Numbered from the stretch's first letter, positions 31,717 through 43,323 are shown. The stretch: 64,000 nt of DNA from an uncultured delta proteobacterium (GCA_963847445.1 CAWJZV010000008.1:1-64000); one strand, 5' to 3'. Notes: generated by a model not told the origin, from the sequence alone. Numbers and translations: made by a program.

Positions 31717-32376
31717 ATGGCACTGCACATTAACGAAGAGGCGCCGAACTTCACGGCGGAGACTACCGAAGGGACGATTAATTTTCACGAATGGATCGGC
31801 AACGGCTGGGCGATTTTGTTTTCGCATCCGAAAGATTTTACGCCGGTGTGCACCACAGAGTTGGGCTACATGGCGCGGCTCAAAGGCGAGTTCGACAAGC
31901 GCAACTGCAAAGTGATGGGCTTGAGCATCGATCCGGTGACCGATCATCAGAAATGGGCCAAAGACATTGAGGAGACTCAAGGCCATGCGGTGAATTATCC
32001 GATCATCGGCGACTTCGATCTAAAAGTGGCGAAGCTCTATGATATGATTCATCCCGACGTCGCGGGCAGTTCCGTAGGGCGCACGGCCGCGGATAATCAG
32101 ACCGTGCGTTCGGTCTTCATGGTCGGGCCGGACAAGAAGATCAAGCTGATGCTGACCTATCCGATGACGACCGGACGCAACTTTGACGAAGTCCTGCGCG
32201 TCTTGGATTCCATGCAGCTCACCGCCAAGCACCAAGTAGCCACGCCGGTCAACTGGAAACAGGGCGACGATGTGATCATCGTTACGTCGGTTTCGGACGA
32301 AGACGCCAAGAAAAAATATCCCCAGGGATGGAAAGCCTTGCGGCCTTACCTCCGCCTGGTATCGCAACCTAAGTAA
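31717..32376 (+). CDS. 1-Cys peroxiredoxin (Prx6)
   Basis: SHPKDFTPVCTTE, YPMTTGRNFDE, TPVNW; AGGAGG RBS. Confidence 0.93.
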   Translation: MALHINEEAPNFTAETTEGTINFHEWIGNGWAILFSHPKDFTPVCTTELGYMARLKGEFDKRNCKVMGLSIDPVTDHQKWAKDIEETQGHAVNYPIIGDFDLKVAKLYDMIHPDVAGSSVGRTAADNQTVRSVFMVGPDKKIKLMLTYPMTTGRNFDEVLRVLDSMQLTAKHQVATPVNWKQGDDVIIVTSVSDEDAKKKYPQGWKALRPYLRLVSQPK

Positions 32377-32388
32377 GCTCGACCCTGG

Positions 32389-32430
32389 CGACAACCAAAG
32401 AGGCGCCACTCGGCGCCTCTTTGGTTGTCG
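32389..32430. terminator. Perfect 19-bp hairpin downstream of the peroxiredoxin gene
   Basis: cgacaaccaaagaggcgcc-actc-ggcgcctctttggttgtcg; no clear U-tract. Confidence 0.55.
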
Positions 32431-32586
32431 GTGTCTTCCCGAGCGGTTGGTCCGAGGGCAATTTCATGAAGTTGGGAGACATCCGCGGGTTGCGGGTAAA
32501 CTTGACGCTTCAATACCGATGGTGGTAGACCATCCCGTATAGGCAATTGTCGAGATTCGCAGAATCAGCCCAAGGAGGGAAAAATT

Positions 32587-33648
32587 ATGGCTGGAAACGG
32601 TAGCGATGCAGGTTTCGAAGTTATTATCTCGTCGGACTCCCATGTGATGGAACCGTCGGATATTTTGGCCGAGCGGGCGCCCAACTCGTTTAAAGACCAG
32701 GTACCGCGCTTTCCCAAGCTCCAGGTCGGCAGCAGCTTTCAGACCCATCCCGGTGGTTCGGACCCGACCCAGCGGATCAAGGAAATGGAAACCGATGGGC
32801 TGAGCGCCGAGGTTTTGTATCCAACCTATTTGCTGCCGCACTACGCGATGGACGATGCGAAATTACAGGAAGTCAGCTTCCGCGCTTATAACGATTGGCT
32901 GATCGAGTATTGCAACAGTTCGCCGAAGCGGCTGATCGGTATCGCGGCGATCGCGGTCTACAACATTGACGAGGCGGTTAAAGAGCTTGAGCGCTGCGCC
33001 AAGGCGGGCTTGAGAGGTTCGCTGATTTGGCAAGCGCCCCATCCGGATCTACCGTTGTACTCGGAGCACTATAATAAATTCTGGGCGGCGTCGCAGGATC
33101 TCAACATGCCGGTGCATCTGCATATCCTCACCGGCCATGGCTACCACAAGCAGACGGTGTTCGGTAATAAGCGCACTGGCGTGGAGGCCTACCGCGGCAG
33201 CGTGAATCTCAAGCTTAAAGAAGTCATCGACGACGTCTTTGAATTGATTTTTTACGGCGTGCTCGAGCGTTATCCCAAACTGAAAATCGTCAGTGTTGAA
33301 AACGAGATCGGCTGGATGCCGTTCATGATGCAACAGTGGGATTATTATTATAACCGCTTCAAGAAAGCGAATCCGCCGCCGTTTACTAAAAACCCGAGCG
33401 AGTATTTCAAGACGCAGATCTTCGGGACCTTCTTCCGCGACACCGTGGCCGGCCATAACTTTCAATGGTGGGGCCAGGACAACTGCATGTGGTCCAACGA
33501 CTACCCCCATGGCAACTCGACCTGGCCGGAATCGAAGAAATATATCGACCGCGACTTGGGCCATCTGCCGGCGGATATTCGTAAGAAGCTGGTATATACC
33601 AACGTGAAGCAGATCTATAACATCGATATTCCACATCCGGTGCAGTAG
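32587..33648 (+). CDS. Amidohydrolase_2 family protein
   Basis: SSDSH, VLYPT, HLH, VENEIGW, WSNDYPH. Confidence 0.88.
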   Translation: MAGNGSDAGFEVIISSDSHVMEPSDILAERAPNSFKDQVPRFPKLQVGSSFQTHPGGSDPTQRIKEMETDGLSAEVLYPTYLLPHYAMDDAKLQEVSFRAYNDWLIEYCNSSPKRLIGIAAIAVYNIDEAVKELERCAKAGLRGSLIWQAPHPDLPLYSEHYNKFWAASQDLNMPVHLHILTGHGYHKQTVFGNKRTGVEAYRGSVNLKLKEVIDDVFELIFYGVLERYPKLKIVSVENEIGWMPFMMQQWDYYYNRFKKANPPPFTKNPSEYFKTQIFGTFFRDTVAGHNFQWWGQDNCMWSNDYPHGNSTWPESKKYIDRDLGHLPADIRKKLVYTNVKQIYNIDIPHPVQ

Positions 33649-33739
33649 ACCGGCGTTTCGGTCTGGGGTGAAACCAATTGGCGCGCTAGCGGACGAGCAA
33701 AAGTCTGAGAGCGCGCCAATTTTTTTTCAAATTAAGGAT

Positions 33740-33900
33740 ATCTCGCGCAAAGCACGCCAAGAGAAAGTCCAAGGCACGAAATCCGAAATCCCGAAACGAA
33801 TGTGAGGGTGATAAGCCAGAATTCAGAACATATCCGATCCGGATCCGGCGTTTTGGATTTTCCGAAATGACATTCTTTGCACCTTGAGTTTTTGCGGGGT
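33740..33900. repeat. Cluster of short intergenic repeat motifs
   Basis: tctcgcgcaaagcacgccaag, cgaaatccgaaatcccgaaac and partly complementary tttgcaccttg; related motifs at 28845 and 63704. Confidence 0.45.
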
Positions 33901-33972
33901 AAAAATCATTCAGTCGTTCGGATTTGATCGATTGTTCGGTGTCGTGAGATACCAGGAACAATAGGAGGTTTT

Positions 33973-35721
33973 ATGCCTGCTCGTTACGGATCTGATTTAA
34001 TTGTCGATTTGATGAAAGTATTGGGCATTGAAGCAGTGGCGCTGAACCCGGGCTCGAGCTTCCGCGGCATTCACGACTCGCTGGTCAACTACGAGAGCGG
34101 CACAAAGCCCAACCCCGAGATGATCCTCTGCTGCCACGAGGAAATCGCCGTGGCGGTCGCCCATGGCTACTTCAAGGCAACCGGCAAGATCATGCCCGCC
34201 ATCGTGCATGACGTCGTCGGCCTGCAACACGCCTCGATGGCGATTTACAATGCCTGGTGCGACCGAACGCCGGTGATGGTCATGGGCGGCACCGGGCCGA
34301 TGAATTCGAGCAAGCGGCGCCCGTGGATCGATTGGATCCACACGGCTCAGGTCCAGGGCAATATCGTGCGTGATTTCGTCAAGTGGGACGACCAACCCTT
34401 CGGCGTCGAAGCGATTCCATCGTCGATGATGCGCGGCTATCGCATCGCCATGAGCGATCCCCATGGGCCGGTTTATCTTTGTTTCGATGTCAGCGATCAG
34501 GAGGCGCCCATCGACAAGGAAATCCCTCTGCCAGATCCGCGCCGCTTTCGTCCGCCCGCGCCGCTGCAGGCGGAAGCGGAAGCGATTAAAGAGGCCGCGC
34601 GATTATTAGCATCGGCACAGAACCCGGTGATCGTCGCCGATTACGTCGGCCGCAATCACGACGCGGTTCTAAGCCTGGTGCAGCTTGCCGATCTCTTGTC
34701 GATCCCGGTGATCGATCTCGGCGCCCGGCTCAATTTTCCCAACACCCACGCGCTCAATCTCACCGGCAAGAATCAGGATCTCATCGCCAATGCGGATGTC
34801 ATCATGGGACTCGATGTCACCGATCTGTACGGGGCGCTGGTGAAACAAGACCCGGCGACGCATGCGGCGGTGCCGGCGACCAAGCCCGGTTGTAAAGTGA
34901 TCCATGTCACCTTGGCCGATCTCGCGGTGCGCAGTTTGACCAGCGATTTTCAAGAGCTGGCGCCGGTGGATTTGCCGATCGTCGCCAATACCAAAGTATT
35001 CCTGCCGGCCTTGATCGAGGAGTTACAGCGGCAAGGAAAGTTTTCCAAGAGCGTCGTCGAAGAGCGGCGCAAGGCGCTGGCCGCGCAGCATGATGAGATG
35101 CACGGGCGCTGGGAAAGTATTCTCAAGCGGCGCTGGGATGAAAAGCCGATCGCGCCGCCGCGCTTGGCCTACGAAGTCTGGCAAGCGCTTAAAAACGAAG
35201 ACTGGCTGCTGGTTGCCGGAGCGTTCCGTGGTTGGCCCAGCCGTCTGTGGACCTGGGATAAACCCGGCTTGTTCCTCGGCGGCTACGGCGGCGGCGGTTT
35301 GGGGTATGGTCCTGCGGCGTCCGTCGGCGCGTCGCTGCCCTATCGCGGCACGGGCAAGATTTGCGTCAATATGCAGCGCGACGGCGAAATGCTTTACACC
35401 CCCAGTGCCATGTGGACCGCCGCCAACACCGGCGTGCCTTTACTTACAGTCATGACCAACAATCGGGTTTACTATAATGACGTGGAGCATCAGGAAAACG
35501 TCGCGATCACGCGCGGCCGTCCGGTGGAGAATAAACTTGTCGGCATGGAGATGGCCAAGCCGGCGGTGGATTTCGCCAACCTGGCCCGCTCCTTCAGTCT
35601 GCACGGCGAGGGGCCGATCACCGAACCGGCGCAGATTCGCCCGGCGGTGGAACGGGCGATTAAAGTCATCAAGGAAGAAAAGCGGCCGGCGCTGGTCGAC
35701 GTGTATATGCAGATGATCTGA
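33973..35721 (+). CDS. Thiamine diphosphate-dependent enzyme, decarboxylase/ALS-like
   Basis: LNPG, HEE, AHGY, VKWD, GGGLG, RDG...NN ThDP motif. Confidence 0.88.
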   Translation: MPARYGSDLIVDLMKVLGIEAVALNPGSSFRGIHDSLVNYESGTKPNPEMILCCHEEIAVAVAHGYFKATGKIMPAIVHDVVGLQHASMAIYNAWCDRTPVMVMGGTGPMNSSKRRPWIDWIHTAQVQGNIVRDFVKWDDQPFGVEAIPSSMMRGYRIAMSDPHGPVYLCFDVSDQEAPIDKEIPLPDPRRFRPPAPLQAEAEAIKEAARLLASAQNPVIVADYVGRNHDAVLSLVQLADLLSIPVIDLGARLNFPNTHALNLTGKNQDLIANADVIMGLDVTDLYGALVKQDPATHAAVPATKPGCKVIHVTLADLAVRSLTSDFQELAPVDLPIVANTKVFLPALIEELQRQGKFSKSVVEERRKALAAQHDEMHGRWESILKRRWDEKPIAPPRLAYEVWQALKNEDWLLVAGAFRGWPSRLWTWDKPGLFLGGYGGGGLGYGPAASVGASLPYRGTGKICVNMQRDGEMLYTPSAMWTAANTGVPLLTVMTNNRVYYNDVEHQENVAITRGRPVENKLVGMEMAKPAVDFANLARSFSLHGEGPITEPAQIRPAVERAIKVIKEEKRPALVDVYMQMI

Positions 35722-35785
35722 ACGAAAGAGTTCCAGTCGTTCCAACTGTTGCAAATGTTCCAGTCGTTTGATTCGAGGTGAAGTC

Positions 35786-36790
35786 ATGATTCGCTTTAAG
35801 TTAATTTCCGCGTTCGCTGCCGTGATTTTGATTTTGGCGCTGGCTGCCGCAGGGTTTGCGCAAAACAAACCCTTGAAAAAAATCCGCGTCGGTGTGCCGT
35901 CGGTTGGCATGGGCAACATTATTATCTTCATCACCAAAGAAGGTAAGCTGTTCGAGAAGTACGGACTCGACGCCGAGGTGATCACCGTCATGGGGTCGGG
36001 AATCGGCTCGAAAGCGCTCATCAGCGGCAATTTGGATATCATTCCCATTGCCACGCCGACCGTCATCGCCGCCAATCTGGCAGGTGCCGACATGGCCATT
36101 TTGGCGCACACCATGCCCGCTGTAGTTCACGCTCTGATGGTTCGGCCCGATATCAAACGTCCGGAGGATTTGAAGGGCAAAAAAATTGGCGTGTCGAGTT
36201 TGGGATCGCTGACGGATTTTTTGGTGCGATCGATCGCCAAGAAGAAAGGGCTCAATCCCGATCGCGACATAACTCTGATCTCAACCGGCGGCAGCGATGC
36301 CGAGCGCGTAATGGCGCTCAAAGCAGGTTCGGTTGAAGCGTCGGCGATGTCGCACCCAGGTTACGGCGTGGCCGCCAAGATGGGTTTTAGCATGCTCTGG
36401 GATTCCGCCAAGGAGCTCGACTACCCATGGATGGAAATCACCACGCGCCGCGCCGCGATTAAAAGCGATCGGGAGCTGATCATGCGCTACATGAAGGCTC
36501 ACATGGAAGGTATCGCGCTGTTCAAAACCAACCGCGACTTTAGCATCAAAGTCATCAAGAAGGTCATGAAAATGACCGACGATGAAATGGTGAATGAAAC
36601 TTATGACATCTTTTCAAAGATGTTTTTGCCGACGCCGTATCCCAATCACCCGGGGATGAAAATCAGCTTCGACTATGTCGCGATGACGCGCAACGACGTT
36701 TGGAGCCATAAGCCCGAAGAATTCACCGATCCAAGTTTCGTGACCGAGCTGGACAAAAGCGGCTTTATCAAGTCGCTTTATCCGAAATAA
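35786..36790 (+). CDS. ABC substrate-binding protein, NMT1/THI5-like
   Basis: Signal peptide; FEKYGLD, DLKGKKIGVSSLGS; close paralog at 48327. Confidence 0.85.
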   Translation: MIRFKLISAFAAVILILALAAAGFAQNKPLKKIRVGVPSVGMGNIIIFITKEGKLFEKYGLDAEVITVMGSGIGSKALISGNLDIIPIATPTVIAANLAGADMAILAHTMPAVVHALMVRPDIKRPEDLKGKKIGVSSLGSLTDFLVRSIAKKKGLNPDRDITLISTGGSDAERVMALKAGSVEASAMSHPGYGVAAKMGFSMLWDSAKELDYPWMEITTRRAAIKSDRELIMRYMKAHMEGIALFKTNRDFSIKVIKKVMKMTDDEMVNETYDIFSKMFLPTPYPNHPGMKISFDYVAMTRNDVWSHKPEEFTDPSFVTELDKSGFIKSLYPK

Positions 36791-37009
36791 CCTATCGTCC
36801 CACGACGGGATTGAACCGATGCGCGCAGATAGCCCGCCCTCTTCAGCTTCGGCAAATTTAACTTCTTGGCTGGCGCGCCAGCTGTGACTTCAGCTTAGCG
36901 GGGGACGGATCTTTGCTTTTGCCAATCGATGACACACAACGCAGCGCCGCACTGCTGATGATCGTGTCCATCTCCGCATGATATCGCGACATCGAGAACG
37001 GACTGGAGC

Positions 37010-38195
37010 CTATTGAATCAGGTGGCTAAATCTCTTAACGGTGAAACTGCTCGTGTCGATCTTGCTTTTGCCGTCGAGGACTAGTTCCGCAAGCGCCTCC
37101 CCGATCGCCGCCGAGTGTTTAAATCCATGGCCTGAACAGGGAGACGCAATCATGATGCGATGGTTATCCGGGTGAACGTCTATAACGAAGTGCGAATCGG
37201 GCGTTGTCGTATACAGGCAACTTGCCGCGGCTCTGCAGCGATCGGAAATTCCCGGTAAACGGCGTTGTACATAATCGGCGTACATGGATTGCTCTTCTGC
37301 CATGCTGACCGCCCGGTGCGCGTGATCCGGATCGCTGATCGCGGTAAATTGCTCGGTGGCGATTTTGATCGTTTTGCCGTCGAGTGTTGGAAACCCATAG
37401 AAACCAAACCCGTCGCCCTTGGCAAAGATCCAAATGAAAATCGGCAAGCCGGGCGGCGCAAACATCGAGCGGCAATCTTCCCTGATGTCGAACCAGTACA
37501 TGACTTGGCGGTAAACCTTGAACAGATGCGCGTAGGCCGGCGGTAAAAAACCACCGATCCAGGGTCCGGTGGTGATGATGACCTTGTCGGCACAATAGGC
37601 GCCGCGGCTGGTCGTGACCATTACTCCGGAGTCCGCGCCGCTTGCGACTGACACAATGGTCTCGTCGAGTTTGAACAACTGCGCCGTGCTGGCGCGCGAG
37701 ATGCAGTTGGGCCTCGATACAAAGGTTTGGCCGTAGAAATCCCGTTTCGTATTCGAAGTAAGCGCGCTCATCGGTTACGGCGAACTGCGGATAGCGCTTT
37801 CTTATGTCCGCGGTGTCGAGGATTTCATGGCGGATATTGAACTTCTTTGCACAGCGGAAGGCTTGGTCTAAAAAATCACGCCGGCCGTGCATGACGGCCG
37901 CGCTGTTTTGACTCTCCAGGGTCAGGCCGCCCGTGATCGTCAGGAGCTCCCAGCCGGTGGCTTTTTCGATCTCGCGCCACAATTCATAGGAGCGCAACGC
38001 CAAGGGCACATACTCCTCGCCTTCTCCAATCGCCTGGCGAATAATCCGACTCTCGCCGTGAGATGAGCCGTTATCATGGGGCGGGGAAAACTGATCGAGG
38101 CCAAGCACTTTCTTAGCCCGTTTGGCCAGTTGGTAAAGCGCAGCGCTCCCCATTGCGCCGAGACCGCATACGATCGTGTCGAACTTATTGACCAT
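37010..38195 (-). CDS. solA: Monomeric sarcosine oxidase / N-methyltryptophan oxidase, frameshifted near 37670
   Basis: GLGAMG, GSSHGESRIIR, CLYTTTPD (covalent-FAD Cys), CSGHGFK. Confidence 0.85.
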
Positions 38196-38225
38196 TACTA
38201 TGTTTTTCGGCCCGCACCAGTCAGT

Positions 38226-40821
38226 TCACGCGTGCGCTTCGGCCCAATTGGCGCCGCTGTGCACTTCCACGGCCAAGCCGCAGCGCAGGTCGGCGGCTTG
38301 AGTCATTTCTCTTTCGATCAATGCGCGCGCCTCACTGACGCTGCCCGCTGGCACTTCGAAAACCAGCTCGTCGTGAACCGTCAGCAGCATTTTGGCGATC
38401 TGCTGTTTGCGCAATGCGGCGTCGACGTTGATCATCGCTTTCTTGAGAATGTCGGCGGCGCTGCCCTGGATCGGCGCGTTGAGCGCCATGCGCTCGCCCA
38501 ATGCGCGCAGCCGAAAGTTTGACGACTGCAATTCCGGCAGATAGCGGCGCCGACCGAACAGGGTCGTGGTAAAGCCGTCGACTTTCGCTTTCTCCACCTG
38601 GGCGGCGAGAAATTCTTTCACTCTCGGAAACTGCGCGTAGTAGGTTTCGACGAAAGTGGCCGCTTCGTCCATTTCGACGCCGAGCCGCTGCGAGACGCCG
38701 TAGGTCGACATGCCGTAAGCGATGCCGTAGGAAAATTGCTTGACCTTGTTGCGCATCTCCGAAGTGACGTTGCTCAATCCGACGTCATAGACTTTCGCCG
38801 CGATGGTCGCGTGAAAGTCGTGACCCTGCGCGAATGCCTGGCAAAACGTCTCGTCTTCGGAAAGATGCGCGAGCACGCGCAGCTCGATCTGGGAATAATC
38901 CGCCGACAGCAATACCTGCCCCGGCGGCGCGACGAAAGCGCGGCGGATCTGCCGTCCGAGATCGCCGCGAATGGGTATGTTTTGCAAGTTGGGCGCGCTC
39001 GATGACAAGCGCCCGGTGGCCGCCGTGGTTTGCTCGTAGGTCGTATGGATGCGCCGGCTCTTCGGATCGATGAGTCCGAGGAGCATCTCGCTGAAGCCAT
39101 TTTTGAGCTTTGATACCTCGCGGTATTCGAGCAGTGAGGCGACGATCGGATGGCGACCGGCGAGCTTCTCCAACTCAGCCGCGTCCGTGGAGTAGCCGGT
39201 TTTGATTTTTCTGGTTTTCGGCAACGCTAGTTTGTCGAATAGAATGCGCTGCAGCTGCAGGTTGGAGTTGACGTTGAATTGTTCGCCGGCGAGCTGTTGA
39301 ATCGTCTGCTCTAGGGCTGGTCATCTTCTGGCCGAAGTCGGAATTCAGGTTATAGAGATAGTCGCGATCGACAAGAATTCCGGCGTGCTCCATGCGCGCC
39401 AGCACCGGGATCAGGGGAAACTCCAGGGTCGTGGCAAGCTCCCAGGCGCCTTGCGCGCGGAGTTTCTCCTCGACGACCGGCGCTACGGCCCGTACCGCCA
39501 CGGCCCTCAGACAAACACTCTGCTTGTCGTCGGTTGCAAAAGACAGGGTGGTTTGCTCACCCGCTTGCGGCTCGCTCTTCTCCCCATCAAGGCTGACGCC
39601 TAGATAACGGCTCACGGTATCGCGCAGCTCGTACCCTGACGAGGAACCGGGTTCGAGGAGATAGGCAGCGATCTTGGTATCGCAATTCAAGGCTTCGATT
39701 TCGACGCCGGCGTCGAGGGCGGAACGGAAAAGTCCTTTGGCGTCATGAGCGATTTTTTGCCGGTTAGGATCTTTGAAAGCGTCGGCAAGCCTGGGTATGG
39801 CATCGCTCAATGGCAAAATACGCGCTTCTCCGTCTGCATCACTCACGGCAAGCCAATCATCATTCCAAGCAAGCGCGAGCGTTTCCCCCGGACGTAGATC
39901 GCTCGCCGAAGTCAACTCCGAAGTCGAGCTAATCTTCAGCGCGGGCGACGCCGCGTCACCGTGAAACTTGAGCGCCTTGAGTCGCTCGTGCAGGCTGCGA
40001 AGCTCAAGCGAGTGAAAGAGATTGCGCACCGCTTCCTCGTCCCACGCTTCGAGGCGGAGTTTCGCCGGATCGAGATCGAGTCGCACGTCGTCGAGCAGAT
40101 GGCCCAGCTCTTTATTGATCCGCACCTGACCGGCGTGGTTCTTGACCGCTTCGCGGAGTTTCGGTGTCAGCTCGTCGGCATGGACGATGACCTGCTCGAT
40201 ATCGCCGTATTTATTGATGAGCTGAGCTGCGGTCTTGTCGCCCACGCCGGGCACTCCCGGTAAGTTGTCCGCGGCTTCACCCTTGAGCGCGACGAAATCG
40301 ATCCACTTCTCCGGTGTCACGCCGTAGCGCTCGACTACAGTCGGCGGATCGTAGCGGATCACGTCGGAAATGCCGCGCCGGGTCATGATGACGGCGACGC
40401 CGTCGCGAACCAGTTGAAGAATATCACGGTCGCCGGTGACGATAGTCACCTCGCAACCTTCTTCTCGCGCATGCTTGGTCAAGGTCGCCAGCAGGTCGTC
40501 GGCCTCATAGCCTTCCAGCTCGACCATGGGAATCCGCAAGCTGGCGAGCACTTCGCGAATCAGCGGCAGCTGCTGCTTAAACAAATCCGGGGTCGCCGCC
40601 CGCCCGGCCTTGTACTCTGCGTAGCGGTCGAGGCGAAATTGCGGCGCGCCCTTGTCGAAGCAAACGACTACCCCTTGCGGTCGCTCGTCGGCGAGAAGCT
40701 TGATCAGCATCGCCGTGAAGCCGTAGACGGCGTTGGTCACTTGCCCGGACGACGTGACGAGAGTATCGGGCAATGCGAAAAAGGCGCGATAGGCCAGCGA
40801 ATGGCCGTCGAGCAAGAGCAC
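38226..40821 (-). CDS. polA: DNA polymerase I, frameshifted near 39310; true start may extend to about 40903
   Basis: 5' nuclease motifs LLDGHSLAYRAF, EADD, TGDRD; polymerase motifs TGRLSS..PNLQN, ADYSQIELR, NAPIQG, VHDE; no recognisable 3'-5' exonuclease carboxylates. Confidence 0.93.
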
Positions 40822-41016
40822 TTTATGAGCGTCCGATTTGGTCGATGCGCAGCCATCGTGCGGTTAGAGTTTTTTTAGTTGGTTTCTTCGCTTTGTCGGT
40901 CATGCAGTAACCCTAACCAGTGAATTCGTTTGCGGCAATATCGCGAGCCTTGAGCCGGGCAGAATTCGGCGCGATCTATTTCATATTTGTCGCTGAGTGC
41001 GCGGTGACAATATTCG

Positions 41017-41664
41017 TTAGTACAAGTTTCCTGCAAACACCCATCGGTCGAGATTATCGAAATAGGCGCGGCGTAAGACTAAGCTCATCGCCACGGCGCG
41101 GGCGGCTTTTGCTTGTTTCTCCGCGGTAGTTGCGTATTTGACTAGGATCTCAAACGGGTAGTTGCCATGTTGTTCTTCGTCTGCGTGGATTTTTTGATAG
41201 GGGGCGGTTATCCAGCTCGGTACGGTTCCCGCCTTCAGGCTTTTGGCGATAAGATAATCGGCCACGCCTTCGCCGGCCATTGGGAACGCGGCGATTCTTT
41301 CCACCGTGTCGGTTAGTCCTTCAAAAGCATTGAACATCGCCATCTGTGCCGGCAGCGGTTGGTAATCGTGGGGCGTGGCGCCTTTACTGCGCAGCGCTTC
41401 CTCGAGAAACCCAGCATGCTCGTACTCTTCGTGGGTCGCTTCGGCGAGGGTTTTCTTTACGTCCAGCTCGGGCGTGCTTTTCAGCCAGCCGCCGAAGATC
41501 TCGCCGGCGCGGATTTCGTTGAACAGCCGGCTCTGCATTACTTTGATACGCATGTCATCGTTGGTGAGCGGGATGAAGCTGTAGGCCGGCAGCTTCGCGT
41601 CTAGGTTCTGGCAGAAATCGGCAACCTGTTTTTCCAGCGATTTGGCGAATTCACGGCTATCCAT
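41017..41664 (-). CDS. Ferritin-like diiron-carboxylate protein
   Basis: NEIRAGE, EEYEH, GEG, DEEQH (paired ExxH motifs); AGGAG RBS. Confidence 0.7.
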   Translation of the reverse strand: MDSREFAKSLEKQVADFCQNLDAKLPAYSFIPLTNDDMRIKVMQSRLFNEIRAGEIFGGWLKSTPELDVKKTLAEATHEEYEHAGFLEEALRSKGATPHDYQPLPAQMAMFNAFEGLTDTVERIAAFPMAGEGVADYLIAKSLKAGTVPSWITAPYQKIHADEEQHGNYPFEILVKYATTAEKQAKAARAVAMSLVLRRAYFDNLDRWVFAGNLY

Positions 41665-41737
41665 GGGGCTCTCCTGTTTACCGGATCGACTTCCGGATCG
41701 GTTCCTGGCTATCAATTTGGTTTCGCCAGGTCAACGC

Positions 41738-42607
41738 TTAGCGGCTGGTGATCAGAACGACGCCGCCGACCATCAGGACTGCGCCGCCGATGATGCGCAG
41801 GTTGACGGTTTCGACCTTGCGCAGAAACAGCGCGCTGAAAAATACCGTGAATAGCGGCGTGGTGTTGAGCAAGGGGATGATCACCGACATTTGTCCGCGC
41901 CCCAAGGCGATGAAGTTGGCGACTTGCGCTGTGGTGGCAACCAGCGCGGCGCCAAGAAAGAAGTGAAAGCTGCTGCGGTGCATGCGCAATTGCTGTGTGC
42001 GGCCGGTGGCAAAAACGAAGCCCAACAAAAGCAACAGCGAAACGGTGGTGACCATCGCTACGGCGACAAACGGATCGGGGATGATCTGGAGTGCTTGCTT
42101 GCGCAGGGTCTGCGAGATCGCGGAGATCAATGCCGCGCCGATCGGTAACAGGGCGTCGATGTAGCGCCAAGGCTTGTCATGCTCCTGCTTGCCGGAGATC
42201 AGCCAGAGGCTGGCGACGATCAAAACGGTTCCGACATAGACTTGCAGTCCTGGCTGTTCGTTGAACACGAGCAGCGCGATGATCGCGGCGAAGAGCGGCT
42301 CGATGCCGCGCAGGGGACCGGCGCGGGCGACGCCAATTCGGGTGATCCCTTCGTAAAACAGCGCGCGGGCGAAAATCGGCTGCATGCAGCCACTGATCAA
42401 GTAGTAAATCATCGCCGGCGAGGTGAGAAAGTCCAATGAGGTCGTGGCGATCAGATAGCTCCAGACGCAGGTGATGGAGACGACATAGCTCATCAGCATG
42501 GCGGCGAAAATATTGGATTGGCGCAGGCCGAAGCGCACCAGCACCGAATCGATGGCCCAACCCATGGCGGAGAAAATCGCGACGATTTCAGCGAACAGCG
42601 GTGTCAA
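41738..42607 (-). CDS. DMT/EamA family transporter
   Basis: About ten hydrophobic segments in two repeats (PLFAAIIA...FNE and PLFTVFFS...E). Confidence 0.85.
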   Translation of the reverse strand: MTPLFAEIVAIFSAMGWAIDSVLVRFGLRQSNIFAAMLMSYVVSITCVWSYLIATTSLDFLTSPAMIYYLISGCMQPIFARALFYEGITRIGVARAGPLRGIEPLFAAIIALLVFNEQPGLQVYVGTVLIVASLWLISGKQEHDKPWRYIDALLPIGAALISAISQTLRKQALQIIPDPFVAVAMVTTVSLLLLLGFVFATGRTQQLRMHRSSFHFFLGAALVATTAQVANFIALGRGQMSVIIPLLNTTPLFTVFFSALFLRKVETVNLRIIGGAVLMVGGVVLITSR

Positions 42608-42776
42608 AGTAAGTCTCAGTGTCTGAGACTTTCAGATAAGCCGAGGCGGGCGGGATTTGCAACCGATGCTCCGATCTGGTCGATGGGCATCGATCGTGTT
42701 GACGATGCTGCTTGCGGTGATGGCGCGTCTATCCTAAGATCGGCGGTCTTTAACACTATTCGGCAAAGGAGAATCT

Positions 42777-43214
42777 ATGGATCCAAAAGCGCAAGTCGTG
42801 CAATTAAAAACTCAACTGGTGAGCGAGGGCCATACCCGCTTCATGCTCGCCGAAACCGATTTGATGACGCTGCGAATTCACTGCTATGCCCCTGGCATCG
42901 GCGAGAATGCCCTGCACGCGCACACCAAGGAAGATCATATCTTTGTGGTCTTGGACGGCACGGCGCAATTCAACACCGAACGCGACGGCCAAACAGTGCT
43001 GACGGCGACCAAAAATCACGCGGTGGTGTTGCCGGCGGGCAGTTACTATCAGTTCTGCAATTCCGGCCAGACGCCGCTGGTCATGGCGCGCATCGGCGCC
43101 GGTCCGGACAAGGCCGACCAGCGGCTCAATCCCGACGGTTCAGCGGTCCCAGGGCGTGCCCATGAGCAAGGTGTGGCCAAACCCAAACTGATCGAAGGGG
43201 CATTCTTCGAGTAA
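42777..43214 (+). CDS. Cupin domain protein
   Basis: LHAHTKEDHIFVVLDG motif 1; VLPAGSYYQF motif 2. Confidence 0.8.
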   Translation: MDPKAQVVQLKTQLVSEGHTRFMLAETDLMTLRIHCYAPGIGENALHAHTKEDHIFVVLDGTAQFNTERDGQTVLTATKNHAVVLPAGSYYQFCNSGQTPLVMARIGAGPDKADQRLNPDGSAVPGRAHEQGVAKPKLIEGAFFE

Positions 43215-43245
43215 ATTCCGAATCCTTTTGGTTTTGGGAGGGGGA

Positions 43246-43308
43246 CCAACCCGCGCCGGTGGGGGCTGGCGCGGGTTGGCCGGGGAGGAGCTTCCCCCTA
43301 TGGGGAAG
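43246..43308. terminator. Two GC-rich hairpins between convergent genes
   Basis: ccaacccgcgcc pairs with ggcgcgggttgg (12 bp); cttcccc pairs with ggggaag. Confidence 0.45.
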
Positions 43309-43323
43309 TTCGCAGAGCCTAAA

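Noticed and set aside
36905-36930. Short similarity to the 3' end of solA near 37058-37078
   Set aside because: About 20 bp with gaps; not enough to call a duplication.
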